From contig JAFYAW010000015.1 in the NCBI GenBank assembly GCA_017540505.1, positions 21,550 through 85,549 on the forward strand: a stretch of 64,000 bases of DNA, in the 5' to 3' direction. Position numbers and translations under genes: made by a program. The stretch's first letter is position 1; every line of letters begins with the position of its first letter. Below the pieces are notes generated by a model. The model ran no database searches and had not been told where the DNA came from. It saw only the letters and a program-made list of their open reading frames with translations. Below, in pieces: positions 9,224 through 19,724 of this stretch. The DNA comes from Bacteroidales bacterium. GTDB lineage: Bacteria > Bacteroidota > Bacteroidia > Bacteroidales > WCHB1-69.

Positions 9224-11785
9224 CTAACGGGCAATCGGAAGCAGCTCCATCCGGTCAAACAACAGCATGTTGGGGACGATCACGCTGCAGGGTATTCCCT
9301 CCAAAGGAGGACAAATGCCGCTATGCCGAGAACCATCTACCATCAAATTATAAGCGGACAATTCCTTTGTAGCCATCGAAACGTTCAGAAAATCATAAAA
9401 ATGGCGATCGTGGGCACAGAACATCCGAACCGGTGTCTCCTTGCCCGTATGCACATCCACCTGCACCATATACAGGGGTCGGAAATCCTCCACGCTCCAA
9501 TATTCCGACATATTCCGGCTATGGAATTTGCGAATGATATAGGCGTAATGATAGCCGGCAGCGCGGGCCTTCTTGCAAAGCATTTTTTTCAGATTCTGTG
9601 TGTTCGCCGTTTGGTGGCAGGTCAGGCGCAACACGCCGGGACCTACATCTGTACGCAAATGATCCCCTGAAAATGCAAACCTCCGATGACCGTTGGATGT
9701 CTTGGAAGAGAGTGTCGGCGTGCGATCGGAAAGCAAGCTGTAGAGTTCGCCACGGTGGATGATTTCCATGTGCGGGGGAACCTTCACCCCTTCGGCATCC
9801 ACGTTGTACTGGCCGATAAGTCGCATACCACCGTAACTTCCGAGGGTGTCTAACGCATCCACATCACAGGAGGCGGCAATCACCTGTTGCGACACGCACC
9901 TCTCCAGCCGACTGCCTACCAAGTTATGCCGGATATGTTTGCTCAACGGGATACGAAACGCATAAATGCTCTGACTGGTGTTTTCCGTAAACGCATGGGC
10001 GAAAAGTTGGGCCACAGCCTCTCCTTCCACCAACACCGGTCCATCGTAATACTGTGTGGGGTAGGACGCCGCTGCCATCATTTTCAACCGGTTGCTCAGC
10101 AAACGCATCCGGTTCTGCCATTCGGCCATATCGGGCAAATCCTCTAAATCCCGCACATATACAAGGTCCTCATCGGAGAATTTCCCACCATCGGGTGTCT
10201 TGATTTCCGCAGAAAGGTGGATGCAGATAACCGAGAAAGGCTGCCGGTATTGAACTTTGTCGCTGGAATAATAGCACACCTCGGCCTGATAGGCCTCCGC
10301 ATTCACGTAGGATTCTATCGTGGTGTCCTGCGCGAGCATTGCCGACAATTCGCAAACCAGCGCCACAACCTTGTCCTTGTCCACAGGTTTATATTTCTTT
10401 TCCGCATCATAAAACCGCTGTTCCTCCCGATAGCCGTCACGGGGACGTTTTATACGTTCCCATGAATCAAACGAGTTCATAACTGCGTTCTTGTATTCAA
10501 GCTCTTGCCAAGCATCGCGGTAGGATGCATCTAACGAGCGGCGCAACAGCATTCGGAAATTGTCATAGTTGTTGTCCGCCGGCAGGCTCACGGGTTTCGA
10601 CTCCCAAAGGAAATCAACCTTCACCCCTTCATTGTTCAGTATGTTGTCGCCCAGCAACACCCGGCTGTCAAGCGTCCGACTGGGTTTTTCCTCCATCCAA
10701 AATAGCGTGCCGGCACGGGCTTCCGCCAGCAAACTCCGGCCATCCACCCAATAAAACTCCGACCGGTAAGGTACGGGCAGCCCCTTGTCCTGCAACTCCA
10801 AGTCTGTCTCCTCCACCTCATCGCGCACAGCACGGAAAAACATGTCGGAGGCTGTTTCCACCGCGTGGTCATGATGGGTTTCGTAGGGAGACAGTATAAG
10901 ACGTTCTTTGTATTCAGAATAATCGTCCCCAGAAACAGTCGGTTTCTCCATTTTCCCCTGAAAATCCAAAATCAGGCTGTCAACTATATTGTGCCACTCG
11001 TTTTCCGATGGTAAAAGGTTGGGGCTTACCTGCTCCATATGCCGATCCACCTTAAAATACGAGCCATCGGGTCGCCAGCCCCGTATCACAAAAGAGTAAT
11101 CCGCCGTTTCATCATTTTCAACCTTATAGCTTCCTTCACTATCCACGAACCACCATCTTCTGCATTCGTAATCCATTTTAGCCTCACTCTCTCCATTCGA
11201 CAAATCCCGAATATAAGCTGTAATCTGTCCGAGCAAATTAGAGCAGGCATTCGGATCAAAAGAATCCGGCTGTTTCGGCTGGTAACCAACCCGTTGCAAA
11301 GGATGAGTGAAGACATCGTCTTCGGATTTGGCTTTAAAATGGTCCCGAATCCGAAGTGACAGATATTCGTCACGTGCCGCCTTATAGGCCCTCTCCACCG
11401 CCGAACGGATAATATTGCGGATGAGCGGTTCGTTTTCATCGTACAACGGCAGCGAGACATTGCTCCCTTCATAATAATTGGTGGACCTATCCAAGTCGCC
11501 CACGACAATGCTCACATAAAGCACACGCCCGTATGTCGGGCGCGGGGCGATGGGACTTCCCATATAGGCGGCCAACAGACACGAATGCTCTTCTGCGACC
11601 GAAAGCGACATATAGGTAACTGGGGTTTCGCCTTTGGACAGATTGGTGAATAAAGTATTCTGTTCTTCCTGTAAAATAGTTCCGATAAAATCCTCCTCCA
11701 ATTCCTGCGGTTGCGCCCAAGCGGCACCCGCCGCACCGAAGCACAGCAACAAGGTGCAAAACAGGAATTTACGCAAGGTTCTCAT
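9224..11785 (-). CDS. secreted PmbA/TldD-family-like protein (hypothetical; no HExxxH motif seen)
   Basis: 853-aa ORF with signal peptide MRTLRKFLFCTLLLCFGAAGAAWAQ. The C-terminal half has PmbA/TldD-like strings (..YYDGPVLVEGEAVAQLFAHAF.., ..YNVDAEGVKVP..IIHRGEL..LLSDR..SNGHRR..). The family call is from memory of the fold signature, not from a search. Confidence 0.55.
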   Translation of the reverse strand: MRTLRKFLFCTLLLCFGAAGAAWAQPQELEEDFIGTILQEEQNTLFTNLSKGETPVTYMSLSVAEEHSCLLAAYMGSPIAPRPTYGRVLYVSIVVGDLDRSTNYYEGSNVSLPLYDENEPLIRNIIRSAVERAYKAARDEYLSLRIRDHFKAKSEDDVFTHPLQRVGYQPKQPDSFDPNACSNLLGQITAYIRDLSNGESEAKMDYECRRWWFVDSEGSYKVENDETADYSFVIRGWRPDGSYFKVDRHMEQVSPNLLPSENEWHNIVDSLILDFQGKMEKPTVSGDDYSEYKERLILSPYETHHDHAVETASDMFFRAVRDEVEETDLELQDKGLPVPYRSEFYWVDGRSLLAEARAGTLFWMEEKPSRTLDSRVLLGDNILNNEGVKVDFLWESKPVSLPADNNYDNFRMLLRRSLDASYRDAWQELEYKNAVMNSFDSWERIKRPRDGYREEQRFYDAEKKYKPVDKDKVVALVCELSAMLAQDTTIESYVNAEAYQAEVCYYSSDKVQYRQPFSVICIHLSAEIKTPDGGKFSDEDLVYVRDLEDLPDMAEWQNRMRLLSNRLKMMAAASYPTQYYDGPVLVEGEAVAQLFAHAFTENTSQSIYAFRIPLSKHIRHNLVGSRLERCVSQQVIAASCDVDALDTLGSYGGMRLIGQYNVDAEGVKVPPHMEIIHRGELYSLLSDRTPTLSSKTSNGHRRFAFSGDHLRTDVGPGVLRLTCHQTANTQNLKKMLCKKARAAGYHYAYIIRKFHSRNMSEYWSVEDFRPLYMVQVDVHTGKETPVRMFCAHDRHFYDFLNVSMATKELSAYNLMVDGSRHSGICPPLEGIPCSVIVPNMLLFDRMELLPIAR

Positions 11786-11797
11786 CCGAATAGGATC

Positions 11798-13072
11798 CTA
11801 TGATCTGAAAATGGTAGCCGCACGGTCCGGACCCACCGACACGATGCTGATCGGCGTATGGGTCTGCTCCTCAATAAAACGGATGTAATCCTTGAATTCG
11901 GACGGCAGCTCCTCGTACGTCTTACAACCGCTGATGTCGGTTTTCCAGCCCTTAAGGGTCGTGTAAACGGGTTCTATCTGGGCATCCGTGGCAGCAGGCA
12001 TCCGGGTGGTCAGCTCGCCGTTGACACGATAGGCGGTACATATATTTATTGTATCAAAATCCGACATGACATCCGCCTTGGTGAGGGCGATGTCGGTCAC
12101 GCCGTTGACCATGAGGGCGTATTGGAGGGCCACTAAGTCGAGCCAGCCGCAGCGACGCGGACGGCCGGTGGTGGCACCGAACTCGTTACCCACGCGGCGC
12201 AACTCCTCACCCGTGGCATCGAACAATTCCGTGGGGAAGGGTCCGCTGCCCACACGGGTACAGTATGCCTTCACAATGCCAATGGTCTTGCCGGCCAGAT
12301 GCGGATCAAGGCCAAGGCCCGTGAACGCGCCGGCTGCGATGGTGTTCGACGACGTCACAAACGGATACGCCCCGAACTCCAGGTCGAGAAGCGTGCCCTG
12401 CGCACCCTCCGCCAGCACAGACTTGCCCTCCCGCAAATACTCGTGGAGGACGTACTCGCTGTCAATGCAGGTGAAACGGCGCAGTGTGGCCAATGATTGG
12501 TGCCAACGCTCGTCCAACTCGGGCAGCATTTTACTGTAATCGAAACCATACTGGTCCAGAATCTCTTTATGCTGACCCATAAGATGTTGGTATTTCGCCT
12601 CAAAATCCGGCGAGAAGATGTCGCACACACGCAAGCCCACACGCGCGGTCTTGTCGGTGTAGGTGGGGCCGATGCCCTTCAGCGTGGAACCGATCTTCTG
12701 CTTGCCCTTCTTGGATTCGTAGGCGGCATCCAACAGCTTGTGCGTCGGGAGAATCAAATGGGCTTTCTTGGAAACATACAGATTGTCCGTCGGGGTGAGG
12801 CCCATTTTCACCAAGGCCTCAATCTCCTCCTCAAATATGATCGGGTCGATGACAACGCCGTTGCCGATGACATTGATTTTATCCTTGTGGAAAATTCCGG
12901 AAGGGATGATGTGCAGCACGTGACGTATGCCATTGAATTCCAGCGAGTGACCGGCATTCGGACCACCCTGGAAACGGGCCACCACATCATAATCCGGCGT
13001 CACCACATCCACAATCTTGCCTTTCCCCTCATCGCCCCACTGCAAACCAAGCAGAATATCGATTTTCTTCAT
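11798..13072 (-). CDS. purA: adenylosuccinate synthase
   Basis: The ORF track gives 11798..13141. The start is taken at ATG 13072 (MKKIDILLGLQWGDEGKGKIVD, P-loop at the canonical distance). A -7 box lies at 13098-13105. Confidence 0.95.
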   Translation of the reverse strand: MKKIDILLGLQWGDEGKGKIVDVVTPDYDVVARFQGGPNAGHSLEFNGIRHVLHIIPSGIFHKDKINVIGNGVVIDPIIFEEEIEALVKMGLTPTDNLYVSKKAHLILPTHKLLDAAYESKKGKQKIGSTLKGIGPTYTDKTARVGLRVCDIFSPDFEAKYQHLMGQHKEILDQYGFDYSKMLPELDERWHQSLATLRRFTCIDSEYVLHEYLREGKSVLAEGAQGTLLDLEFGAYPFVTSSNTIAAGAFTGLGLDPHLAGKTIGIVKAYCTRVGSGPFPTELFDATGEELRRVGNEFGATTGRPRRCGWLDLVALQYALMVNGVTDIALTKADVMSDFDTINICTAYRVNGELTTRMPAATDAQIEPVYTTLKGWKTDISGCKTYEELPSEFKDYIRFIEEQTHTPISIVSVGPDRAATIFRS

Positions 13073-13149
13073 ATAGAAATTGTTTTTATTTACGCTGCAA
13101 AAATATAAAAAAGGTTTGGACATACGGCGAGATATCTGCACCTTTTTTG

Positions 13150-13157
13150 TACTTTTG
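13150..13157 (+). promoter_or_regulatory. -7 promoter box TACTTTTG for the Omp85-like gene
   Basis: TAnnTTTG match followed by CGACC, 34 nt upstream of ATG 13191. It sits back-to-back with the purA box. Confidence 0.45.
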
Positions 13158-13190
13158 CGACCTCAACTTTTTTTAATTAAAATTGGAATA

Positions 13191-14615
13191 ATGAAAAAAA
13201 TTGTATCTATTCTTTTATGTCTTTGTCTGATTGGGGTTTACAATGCATCAGCATCCGATGAGGGGCGTGACAAGCCCAAAGATCCGAAGCCCAAAAAGGA
13301 GAAGAAAGAGAAAAGCGAGACCCGCACGGGATGGACATTCGGCATTCTGCCGAGCGTGGCCTACGACGCCGACAAGGGTTTCCAGTACGGTGTGCTGGCC
13401 AACGTGTATGACTTCGGCGACGGCTCCATCTACCCCGAGTATTTCCACTCCCTCTACTTCGAGGCTGCCTACACCACCAAGCGGTCGGGATTGTTCCGTT
13501 TCGCCTACGACTCCAAGATGCTCATCCCGAACCATCGTCTGAAGATTGACCTCTCGTACCTGCCCGACGCGTTGTGCGACTTTTACGGGTTCAACGGCTA
13601 CCAGACGGTATATAACAGCGGCTGGGGCAAGAAAAAAGCCGACGACTACATCAGCCGTGCCTTCTACAAATCGCAGCGCGACCTCATCCGTTTCGCGGCG
13701 GACATAGATGGCAAAATCGGAGGAAACTGGTATTGGAACGCGGGCATTGGCTTCCTCGGATACAAGATAGGTTCTGTCAACATCGACATGATTAACAAGG
13801 GCAAGAAGCCCGAGAATATGCTGCCCCATGTGGACGGCCTGTATGAAAAATACACGAAATGGGGCATCCTCGCGCCCAACGAGGCCAACGGCGGCTGGCA
13901 TCCCTACCTGCGCGGCGGCCTTTCCTACGACAGCCGCGACCGCCAGCAGAACACCCAGAATGGCATCTACGCCGATGTTTTCTGGACTTACAATGCCGCT
14001 TTCGGCGAGGACAAGGAGTTCAACAACCTGATGTTCAACGCCAGCTTCAAGCATTTTGTTCCGGTATATAAAGACCGTATCACCTTCGCCTACCGCCTCG
14101 CCACCCAACTGACCGTGGCCGGCAACTCGCCGTTCTACCTCAACAACTATTATAACAATTTGTTTATCCAGCGTGTGTTATACGAAGGACTTGGCGGTGG
14201 TAACACCCTGCGCGGCATCTTGCGCCACCGCGTCACCGCACCCGGCTACGCCTTCGCCAACGTGGAGTTCCGCTTCAAAATCTGCAAGTTCGACATCGGC
14301 AAGGAGCATTTCTTCATCGGTGTCAATCCCTTCTTCGATGCTGGCATGATTCTCCAACGCTATCGCATGGATGAGAACGCCATCCGCGCCTCCATCGCAG
14401 AAAACGACCCCGAATTCAACATGGACGAGCTGGACAACTACCTGCTTTTCGGCAAAGACGCACAAGTCTATCGCCCACACATGTCGGCAGGTCTAGGTCT
14501 TAAGTTGATGATGAACGACAACTTCGTGCTCTCCGTGGATTGGGCCGTGCCGTTTGACAAGCGTGACAACGCGGGTATGGCCAATTTATATGTCAAAATG
14601 GGCTACATGTTCTAA
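13191..14615 (+). CDS. Omp85/BamA-family outer-membrane beta-barrel protein
   Basis: The start is taken at ATG 13191 (MKKIVSILLCLCLIGVYNASA signal peptide). It has a Lys-rich linker, the surface-antigen motif ..GGGNTLRGI..A.ANVEFRF.. and a terminal ..KMGYMF. Confidence 0.8.
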   Translation: MKKIVSILLCLCLIGVYNASASDEGRDKPKDPKPKKEKKEKSETRTGWTFGILPSVAYDADKGFQYGVLANVYDFGDGSIYPEYFHSLYFEAAYTTKRSGLFRFAYDSKMLIPNHRLKIDLSYLPDALCDFYGFNGYQTVYNSGWGKKKADDYISRAFYKSQRDLIRFAADIDGKIGGNWYWNAGIGFLGYKIGSVNIDMINKGKKPENMLPHVDGLYEKYTKWGILAPNEANGGWHPYLRGGLSYDSRDRQQNTQNGIYADVFWTYNAAFGEDKEFNNLMFNASFKHFVPVYKDRITFAYRLATQLTVAGNSPFYLNNYYNNLFIQRVLYEGLGGGNTLRGILRHRVTAPGYAFANVEFRFKICKFDIGKEHFFIGVNPFFDAGMILQRYRMDENAIRASIAENDPEFNMDELDNYLLFGKDAQVYRPHMSAGLGLKLMMNDNFVLSVDWAVPFDKRDNAGMANLYVKMGYMF

Positions 14616-14651
14616 CCACATTATTTCCAACTGGTTTTCAGGTTTCCTTTC

Positions 14652-15656
14652 ATGAAAGTCTATCGGAATCATTCGTTAAAAGATCACAACACCTTCGGCA
14701 TGGACGTGCGATGCACACAGTTCGTCGTCATGGAACATCCCGACGAGGGGGAGGCCCTGTATGCGGCGCACCTCTTTGAGGCTCCGTTCCACATCCTCGG
14801 CGGCGGCAGCAACGTCCTTTTCACAAAGGACTTCGCAGGCACTATCATACATCCGGCCTTCAAAGGCATCGAGGTGATGGACGATTCCAACACGAACCAG
14901 CTTATCCGCGTGGCCGCCGGCGAAGAGTGGGACGATGTGATCAACTACTGCCTCCGCCACCGATTGTACGGACTGGAGAACCTGGTGGGCATACCGGGCC
15001 GCGCGGGCAGCGCTCCCGTGCAGAACATCGGCGCGTATGGCGTGGAGGTCAAAGACTGCATCGACCGTGTGGAAGGCTTCCGCACCGACAATCTGCAACC
15101 CTTTGTCTTGTCGGCTGAACAATGCAAATTCGGCTACCGGGATTCCATTTTCAAAAACGAGATGAGGGGGAAATGCCTCATCACCCATGTGTGGTTCCAG
15201 CTTTCCAAAAAGGAACATTACACCCTGACATACAAAGCTTTGGCAAATGAAATCAATGATCAGGACCTCTCGCTGGAAACCGTCACGCAATGCATCCTCC
15301 GCATACGCAACAGCAAACTGCCCGACATCCGTAAGATAGGCTGCGCGGGCAGCTTCTTCAAAAACCCCGTTGTGCCCGAAAGCCAATACCGTATGTTGCT
15401 GGCCCAACATCCTGACCTTGTCTCCTACCCTGCTGCCGATGGGATGGTGAAACTGGCTGCTGGCCAGCTGATTGAAAAGGCCGGATGGAAGGGCAAGCGC
15501 ATCGGCAACGCAGGCGTTTACCCCCAACAGGCTTTGGTGGTCGTCAACTACGGAGGAGCCTCCCCCGAAGAGATCCAACATCTGTACCAACAGGTGATTC
15601 TGGATGTGGAAAAACTGTTTAACATTCGTCTAAACCCTGAAGTTAACATCTTGTGA
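14652..15656 (+). CDS. murB: UDP-N-acetylmuramate dehydrogenase
   Basis: 334-aa ORF with FAD-binding ..ILGGGSNVLF.. and a MurB C-terminal domain. Confidence 0.94.
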   Translation: MKVYRNHSLKDHNTFGMDVRCTQFVVMEHPDEGEALYAAHLFEAPFHILGGGSNVLFTKDFAGTIIHPAFKGIEVMDDSNTNQLIRVAAGEEWDDVINYCLRHRLYGLENLVGIPGRAGSAPVQNIGAYGVEVKDCIDRVEGFRTDNLQPFVLSAEQCKFGYRDSIFKNEMRGKCLITHVWFQLSKKEHYTLTYKALANEINDQDLSLETVTQCILRIRNSKLPDIRKIGCAGSFFKNPVVPESQYRMLLAQHPDLVSYPAADGMVKLAAGQLIEKAGWKGKRIGNAGVYPQQALVVVNYGGASPEEIQHLYQQVILDVEKLFNIRLNPEVNIL

Positions 15657-16018
15657 TGAAACATTCTATCCGACTGATTCTGCTCATAGCCGTCCTCATT
15701 CCACTCTGCTGCGGATGCGACTGGTTTCACAAGCCCAAATTCGATGAGGCGTTGCTGGCGGGCTATTGGGTCGAAGGCACCGTACACGAATACTACAATG
15801 CCAACGGCACAGGCTACACCTGGGACACCGCCGATGACGTGACCGAAGAGGAAGCACAACCCTTCACCTGGGTGCTGGAAGGCTCCACCCTGACACAGAA
15901 CCACAAAATGGCCATGGGAGGCATCGTACCCAAGACCTACACCGTCACCAAGCTGACCGCCTCCACGCTCATGTATCACGACAATTTCGGGACTTTCCAC
16001 TCCTTCATCAAGCAGTAA
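15656..16018 (+). CDS. hypothetical lipoprotein (lipocalin-like size and pattern)
   Basis: ATG 15656 overlaps the murB TGA by 1 nt (TGATG). The signal/lipobox is ..LLIAVLIPLCCGC. The track's 15653 start is a GTG one codon upstream. Confidence 0.7.
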   Translation: MKHSIRLILLIAVLIPLCCGCDWFHKPKFDEALLAGYWVEGTVHEYYNANGTGYTWDTADDVTEEEAQPFTWVLEGSTLTQNHKMAMGGIVPKTYTVTKLTASTLMYHDNFGTFHSFIKQ

Positions 16019-16022
16019 AACC

Positions 16023-19000
16023 ATGCGCAAAGGCATCAAAATCACATTTATAACCCTCGTTTCGCTCCTTGGTCTTCTGGTGGCGGGCATCGGTATTGTG
16101 CTGCTGACAATCTTTTCGCCCGCGCGCCTCACCCGCATCGTCAACAAGGAAGCCCCCAACTGGCTTACCTGCGACTTCCATCTGGACAGGGCCGAGCTTA
16201 CGTTCTTCAAATCGTTTCCCAAACTCGGCATCGACATCCAAGATGTAACCCTCATCAACCGCATGTTCGGGGCACCCACCGACACGCTCCTGCACGTGGA
16301 TCACTGCGTGGCGTCCCTCAACATCCGCAAACTGATGCGCGACAAACATGTTGAAGTCAACGAACTCCTAATCAAAAATGGACAACTGAATCTCTTTACC
16401 AACAATTTAGGCCAATCCAACCTCAACATTCTCAAACCCTTTTCCAAAGACACCACCTCATCCGAATCTTATTCGATAGATCTGCAAAAGGTGGAAACCA
16501 AGCAGGTGCACGTGCGCTACATCGACCTCACCTCCGGCCTTGTGGCCAATGTGGACAATGTGAACCTGACGGCTAACGGCTCCTGGAACGACCCCAACGC
16601 CGAAGGCAAAATAAAACTCCTGACAGACCAACTCGTACTCAAGACTTTACATGACAAAAAGATCATAGCAAAATACGACCAGTTGGATGGGGCTTTTGAA
16701 GGCTCTCTGAATGATTTGGACCGTTTGGAGGGAACGCTGGACCTCACGATGGACAAAGCATCCTTCTCGATGGACACCAATGTCTATTTGGACCAACAGG
16801 ACATAACATTGCATTCTGACGTGAATGCCGCTTGGGCTGATCAGACATTGCAGTTGCAAAACACCCAACTCTCCTTAGACCAATACAAACTGTCGTTAGA
16901 AGGTTCCGCTCGCCGCGACACGGCCGCCAAAGACCTCGTCCTTGACCTGCGCTATGAAACCGGCAACTGGCCCCTGCACGATGTGCTGGAGCTGATTCCC
17001 CGCGTAATCATAGGCAACGCTTTGGATGATTTGGCTTTAGACGGCCTCGTACATCTGACAGGACAAGTCAAGGGCCACGTCAACGAACGGCAGAACCCCA
17101 TCATCACCACGGATATCAATCTTGTTAACGGATCTTTTGCCAAGAAAGATTTCCCCCTTGACTTTCAAAAGATCAATTCCACTTTCCATCTTGACCTGAA
17201 CCCCAACGACAAGACCTCGGTACAGATTAAAAAGCTGAATGCCTATACGGGGCGCAACTACCTGACCGCCACGGGCACAATTCAGGATTTGCTGGGTGAA
17301 ATGCTTTTCGACCTGGCACTGACAGGCGACTTGCACGTGGAGGATTTCCTGAATATGCTTCCGGAAAAGCTTGCGCACAGTTCCGGCAAGGCCAAGGCCG
17401 CCGTCAACGTCAAGTGCAACTACGACCAGGTGTCCCGTCTGGCCATTGACCAGTGGGTGGCGGACGGCACCTTCGATTTCACGCAACTGAATCTGGCCTA
17501 CGAGGATTCGTTGTTCGTCACCTCCCCCTCCCTGAATCTGAAATTCTCCTTCCCCGTCAAGCAGAAACCCTACAAAATCGGAGAATGGATTTACACCCAG
17601 ATTCAAGCGCCCAAACTACAGGTGCACCAAGTCGGCTCTATGGATATTGCAGCCAATGACGCTCACTTTGACGGCTATCTGAACAACCTGACAGACAGCA
17701 CGCTGCCGCTGAAATTAGGAGTTAAGTACCAAGTGGAGGCCGTCAAGGTGAAAACAGACTCGCTGGTGGCCGACCTTACCCAGCCGGCCGGCACTTTCGT
17801 CATGCCCGACAAGAACCAGATGAAGCTCGACTATTCCGGCAACGCGATTACCGCCGACATGGTTTCCGGCATGACAATGAAGAGCGGGGCCATCACCTTG
17901 AACGCCGTCACCCATTATAATCCCAAGGGCAGCAACACCTTGATGCAATGGAACCCAACCGCCAAGCTGACCCTCCACAACGGGGTGGTGAATGTGCCGG
18001 CCATGGAATACCCGTTGGAACTGCCGAAAGTGGTGGCTGACATCACCCCTCACCAGTGCCAGATCACCAAAGGCGACGGGAAAATCGGCAACTCCGACTT
18101 CTCGCTCAGCGGCAAGATCACCCAGATTGACGATTATTTCAATGGCAAGGACCTGATGAAAGGGACATTGGAGTTCACCTCCGACTACATCGACCTGAAC
18201 CAGATTATGGACATGTTCAGCGGCATGGGTGTTTCGGATTCCGTGATGGCCGAAAAGCCGGAGAATTCGCAGAAAGACCCCTTCATGGTGCCTTACGGCA
18301 TGAACATCCGTATGAACACCCACATCAAAAAGGCTCTTTACGAGGACACCTATTTCCGCAACATCGGCGGTTTTCTCGACTTGAAGGACGGCACGCTCGT
18401 GCTGGAGGAGATGGCCGTCACGCATGACGCCGCCCGGATGCAACTTACCGCCATGTACCAGTCCCCGCGCAAGAACCACCTCTTCCTCGGGCTGGACTTC
18501 CACCTTTTGGACATCAAGATTGACCAGCTCATCGCCCTCATTCCCGAAGTGGACACCATCCTGCCGATGCTGAAGTCGTTTGCCGGCAACGCCGAATTCC
18601 ATTTCGCCATCGAGACCAACCTCAAATCCAACTACGACCTCAAATACTCGACCCTGCGCGGTGCCGCCGCCATCAACGGACAGAACCTGGTGGTCTTGGA
18701 TCAGGAGACCTATCAGAACATCGCCAAAAAACTGATGTTCAAGAAAAACACACCGAACCGCATTGACAGCCTCTCCGCCGAGATGACCATCTTCAAAAAC
18801 GAGATTGACGTGTATCCCTTCCTGGTCTCCATTGACAAATATCAGGCGATTCTTTCCGGACGGCACAATCTGGACATGAATTACCAATACAATATCTCAC
18901 TGATAAAGCCCATCCGATTAGGGTTGGACATCATCGGCACCGACCGTCTGCGCTTCAAGGTAGGGAAGGCCCAATACTCCACCCTGTTCCGACCCGAACG

Positions 19001-19091
19001 GCAGAATGTGGTGGAACAGAACGTTATGCAGCTGAAGACCCGCATTCATGAAGCCCTCAAGGCCAACGTGAAACCAGTGCCGGCCGAATAA
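16023..19091 (+). CDS. AsmA/TamB-like family protein
   Basis: 1022-aa ORF with an N-terminal membrane anchor (ITFITLVSLLGLLVAGIGIVLLTIF) followed by a long beta-rich repetitive region typical of AsmA-like proteins. Confidence 0.8.
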   Translation: MRKGIKITFITLVSLLGLLVAGIGIVLLTIFSPARLTRIVNKEAPNWLTCDFHLDRAELTFFKSFPKLGIDIQDVTLINRMFGAPTDTLLHVDHCVASLNIRKLMRDKHVEVNELLIKNGQLNLFTNNLGQSNLNILKPFSKDTTSSESYSIDLQKVETKQVHVRYIDLTSGLVANVDNVNLTANGSWNDPNAEGKIKLLTDQLVLKTLHDKKIIAKYDQLDGAFEGSLNDLDRLEGTLDLTMDKASFSMDTNVYLDQQDITLHSDVNAAWADQTLQLQNTQLSLDQYKLSLEGSARRDTAAKDLVLDLRYETGNWPLHDVLELIPRVIIGNALDDLALDGLVHLTGQVKGHVNERQNPIITTDINLVNGSFAKKDFPLDFQKINSTFHLDLNPNDKTSVQIKKLNAYTGRNYLTATGTIQDLLGEMLFDLALTGDLHVEDFLNMLPEKLAHSSGKAKAAVNVKCNYDQVSRLAIDQWVADGTFDFTQLNLAYEDSLFVTSPSLNLKFSFPVKQKPYKIGEWIYTQIQAPKLQVHQVGSMDIAANDAHFDGYLNNLTDSTLPLKLGVKYQVEAVKVKTDSLVADLTQPAGTFVMPDKNQMKLDYSGNAITADMVSGMTMKSGAITLNAVTHYNPKGSNTLMQWNPTAKLTLHNGVVNVPAMEYPLELPKVVADITPHQCQITKGDGKIGNSDFSLSGKITQIDDYFNGKDLMKGTLEFTSDYIDLNQIMDMFSGMGVSDSVMAEKPENSQKDPFMVPYGMNIRMNTHIKKALYEDTYFRNIGGFLDLKDGTLVLEEMAVTHDAARMQLTAMYQSPRKNHLFLGLDFHLLDIKIDQLIALIPEVDTILPMLKSFAGNAEFHFAIETNLKSNYDLKYSTLRGAAAINGQNLVVLDQETYQNIAKKLMFKKNTPNRIDSLSAEMTIFKNEIDVYPFLVSIDKYQAILSGRHNLDMNYQYNISLIKPIRLGLDIIGTDRLRFKVGKAQYSTLFRPERQNVVEQNVMQLKTRIHEALKANVKPVPAE

Positions 19092-19147
19092 TTTTCCACT
19101 GGCGTAACGAAGCTGAAGATATTATTTGCTTTCTCCAAAAAAAAGTG

Positions 19148-19155
19148 TACCTTTG
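19148..19155 (+). promoter_or_regulatory. -7 promoter box TACCTTTG for apt
   Basis: TAnnTTTG match followed by CCCTCG, 25 nt upstream of ATG 19180. Confidence 0.45.
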
Positions 19156-19179
19156 CCCTCGCAAAAAAAGGATATCCTT

Positions 19180-19692
19180 ATGTTCGATTTCTCCAAGATC
19201 CGCACCATTGACGATTTCCCGTCACCCGGAATCAAATTTTATGACATCACCACGTTGTTAAACGACGGAGAGGCCTACCACAGCGCGATTGACGAGCTGC
19301 TGGCGGTGGCCAAAAACCTCCGTCCTGATGTCATCGTAGCGTTGGAGACGCGCGGTTTTTTCTTCGGCCCCACGCTGGCGTACCTGTTAGGCATTCCTTT
19401 CGTGCCCATCCGCAAGAAGGGCAAGCTGCCTGCCGCCACCTTCTCCGAAAGCTACAATCTGGAATACGGCTCCGACAGCATCGAAATCCATCAGGATGCC
19501 ATCGCCCCGAACCGGCGCGTGCTGCTTTTTGATGACGTGCTGGCCACCGGAGGCACCATGAGTGCCGCCGTGCGTCTGGTGCAGAAGTTCAACCCCGCCT
19601 CCATTGACACGATGTTCCTTATCGAACTCACCGCTTTAGAAGGCCGGAAGAGACTTGAAAATGTTACGATACACAGTTTATTACAATTATAA
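19180..19692 (+). CDS. apt: adenine phosphoribosyltransferase
   Basis: The start is taken at ATG 19180 (MFDFSKIRTIDDFPSPGIKFYDIT). PRPP motif VLLFDDVLATGGT. Confidence 0.94.
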   Translation: MFDFSKIRTIDDFPSPGIKFYDITTLLNDGEAYHSAIDELLAVAKNLRPDVIVALETRGFFFGPTLAYLLGIPFVPIRKKGKLPAATFSESYNLEYGSDSIEIHQDAIAPNRRVLLFDDVLATGGTMSAAVRLVQKFNPASIDTMFLIELTALEGRKRLENVTIHSLLQL

Positions 19693-19724
19693 TATAAAAC
19701 ATAACAATCAACAAATTTAACACA

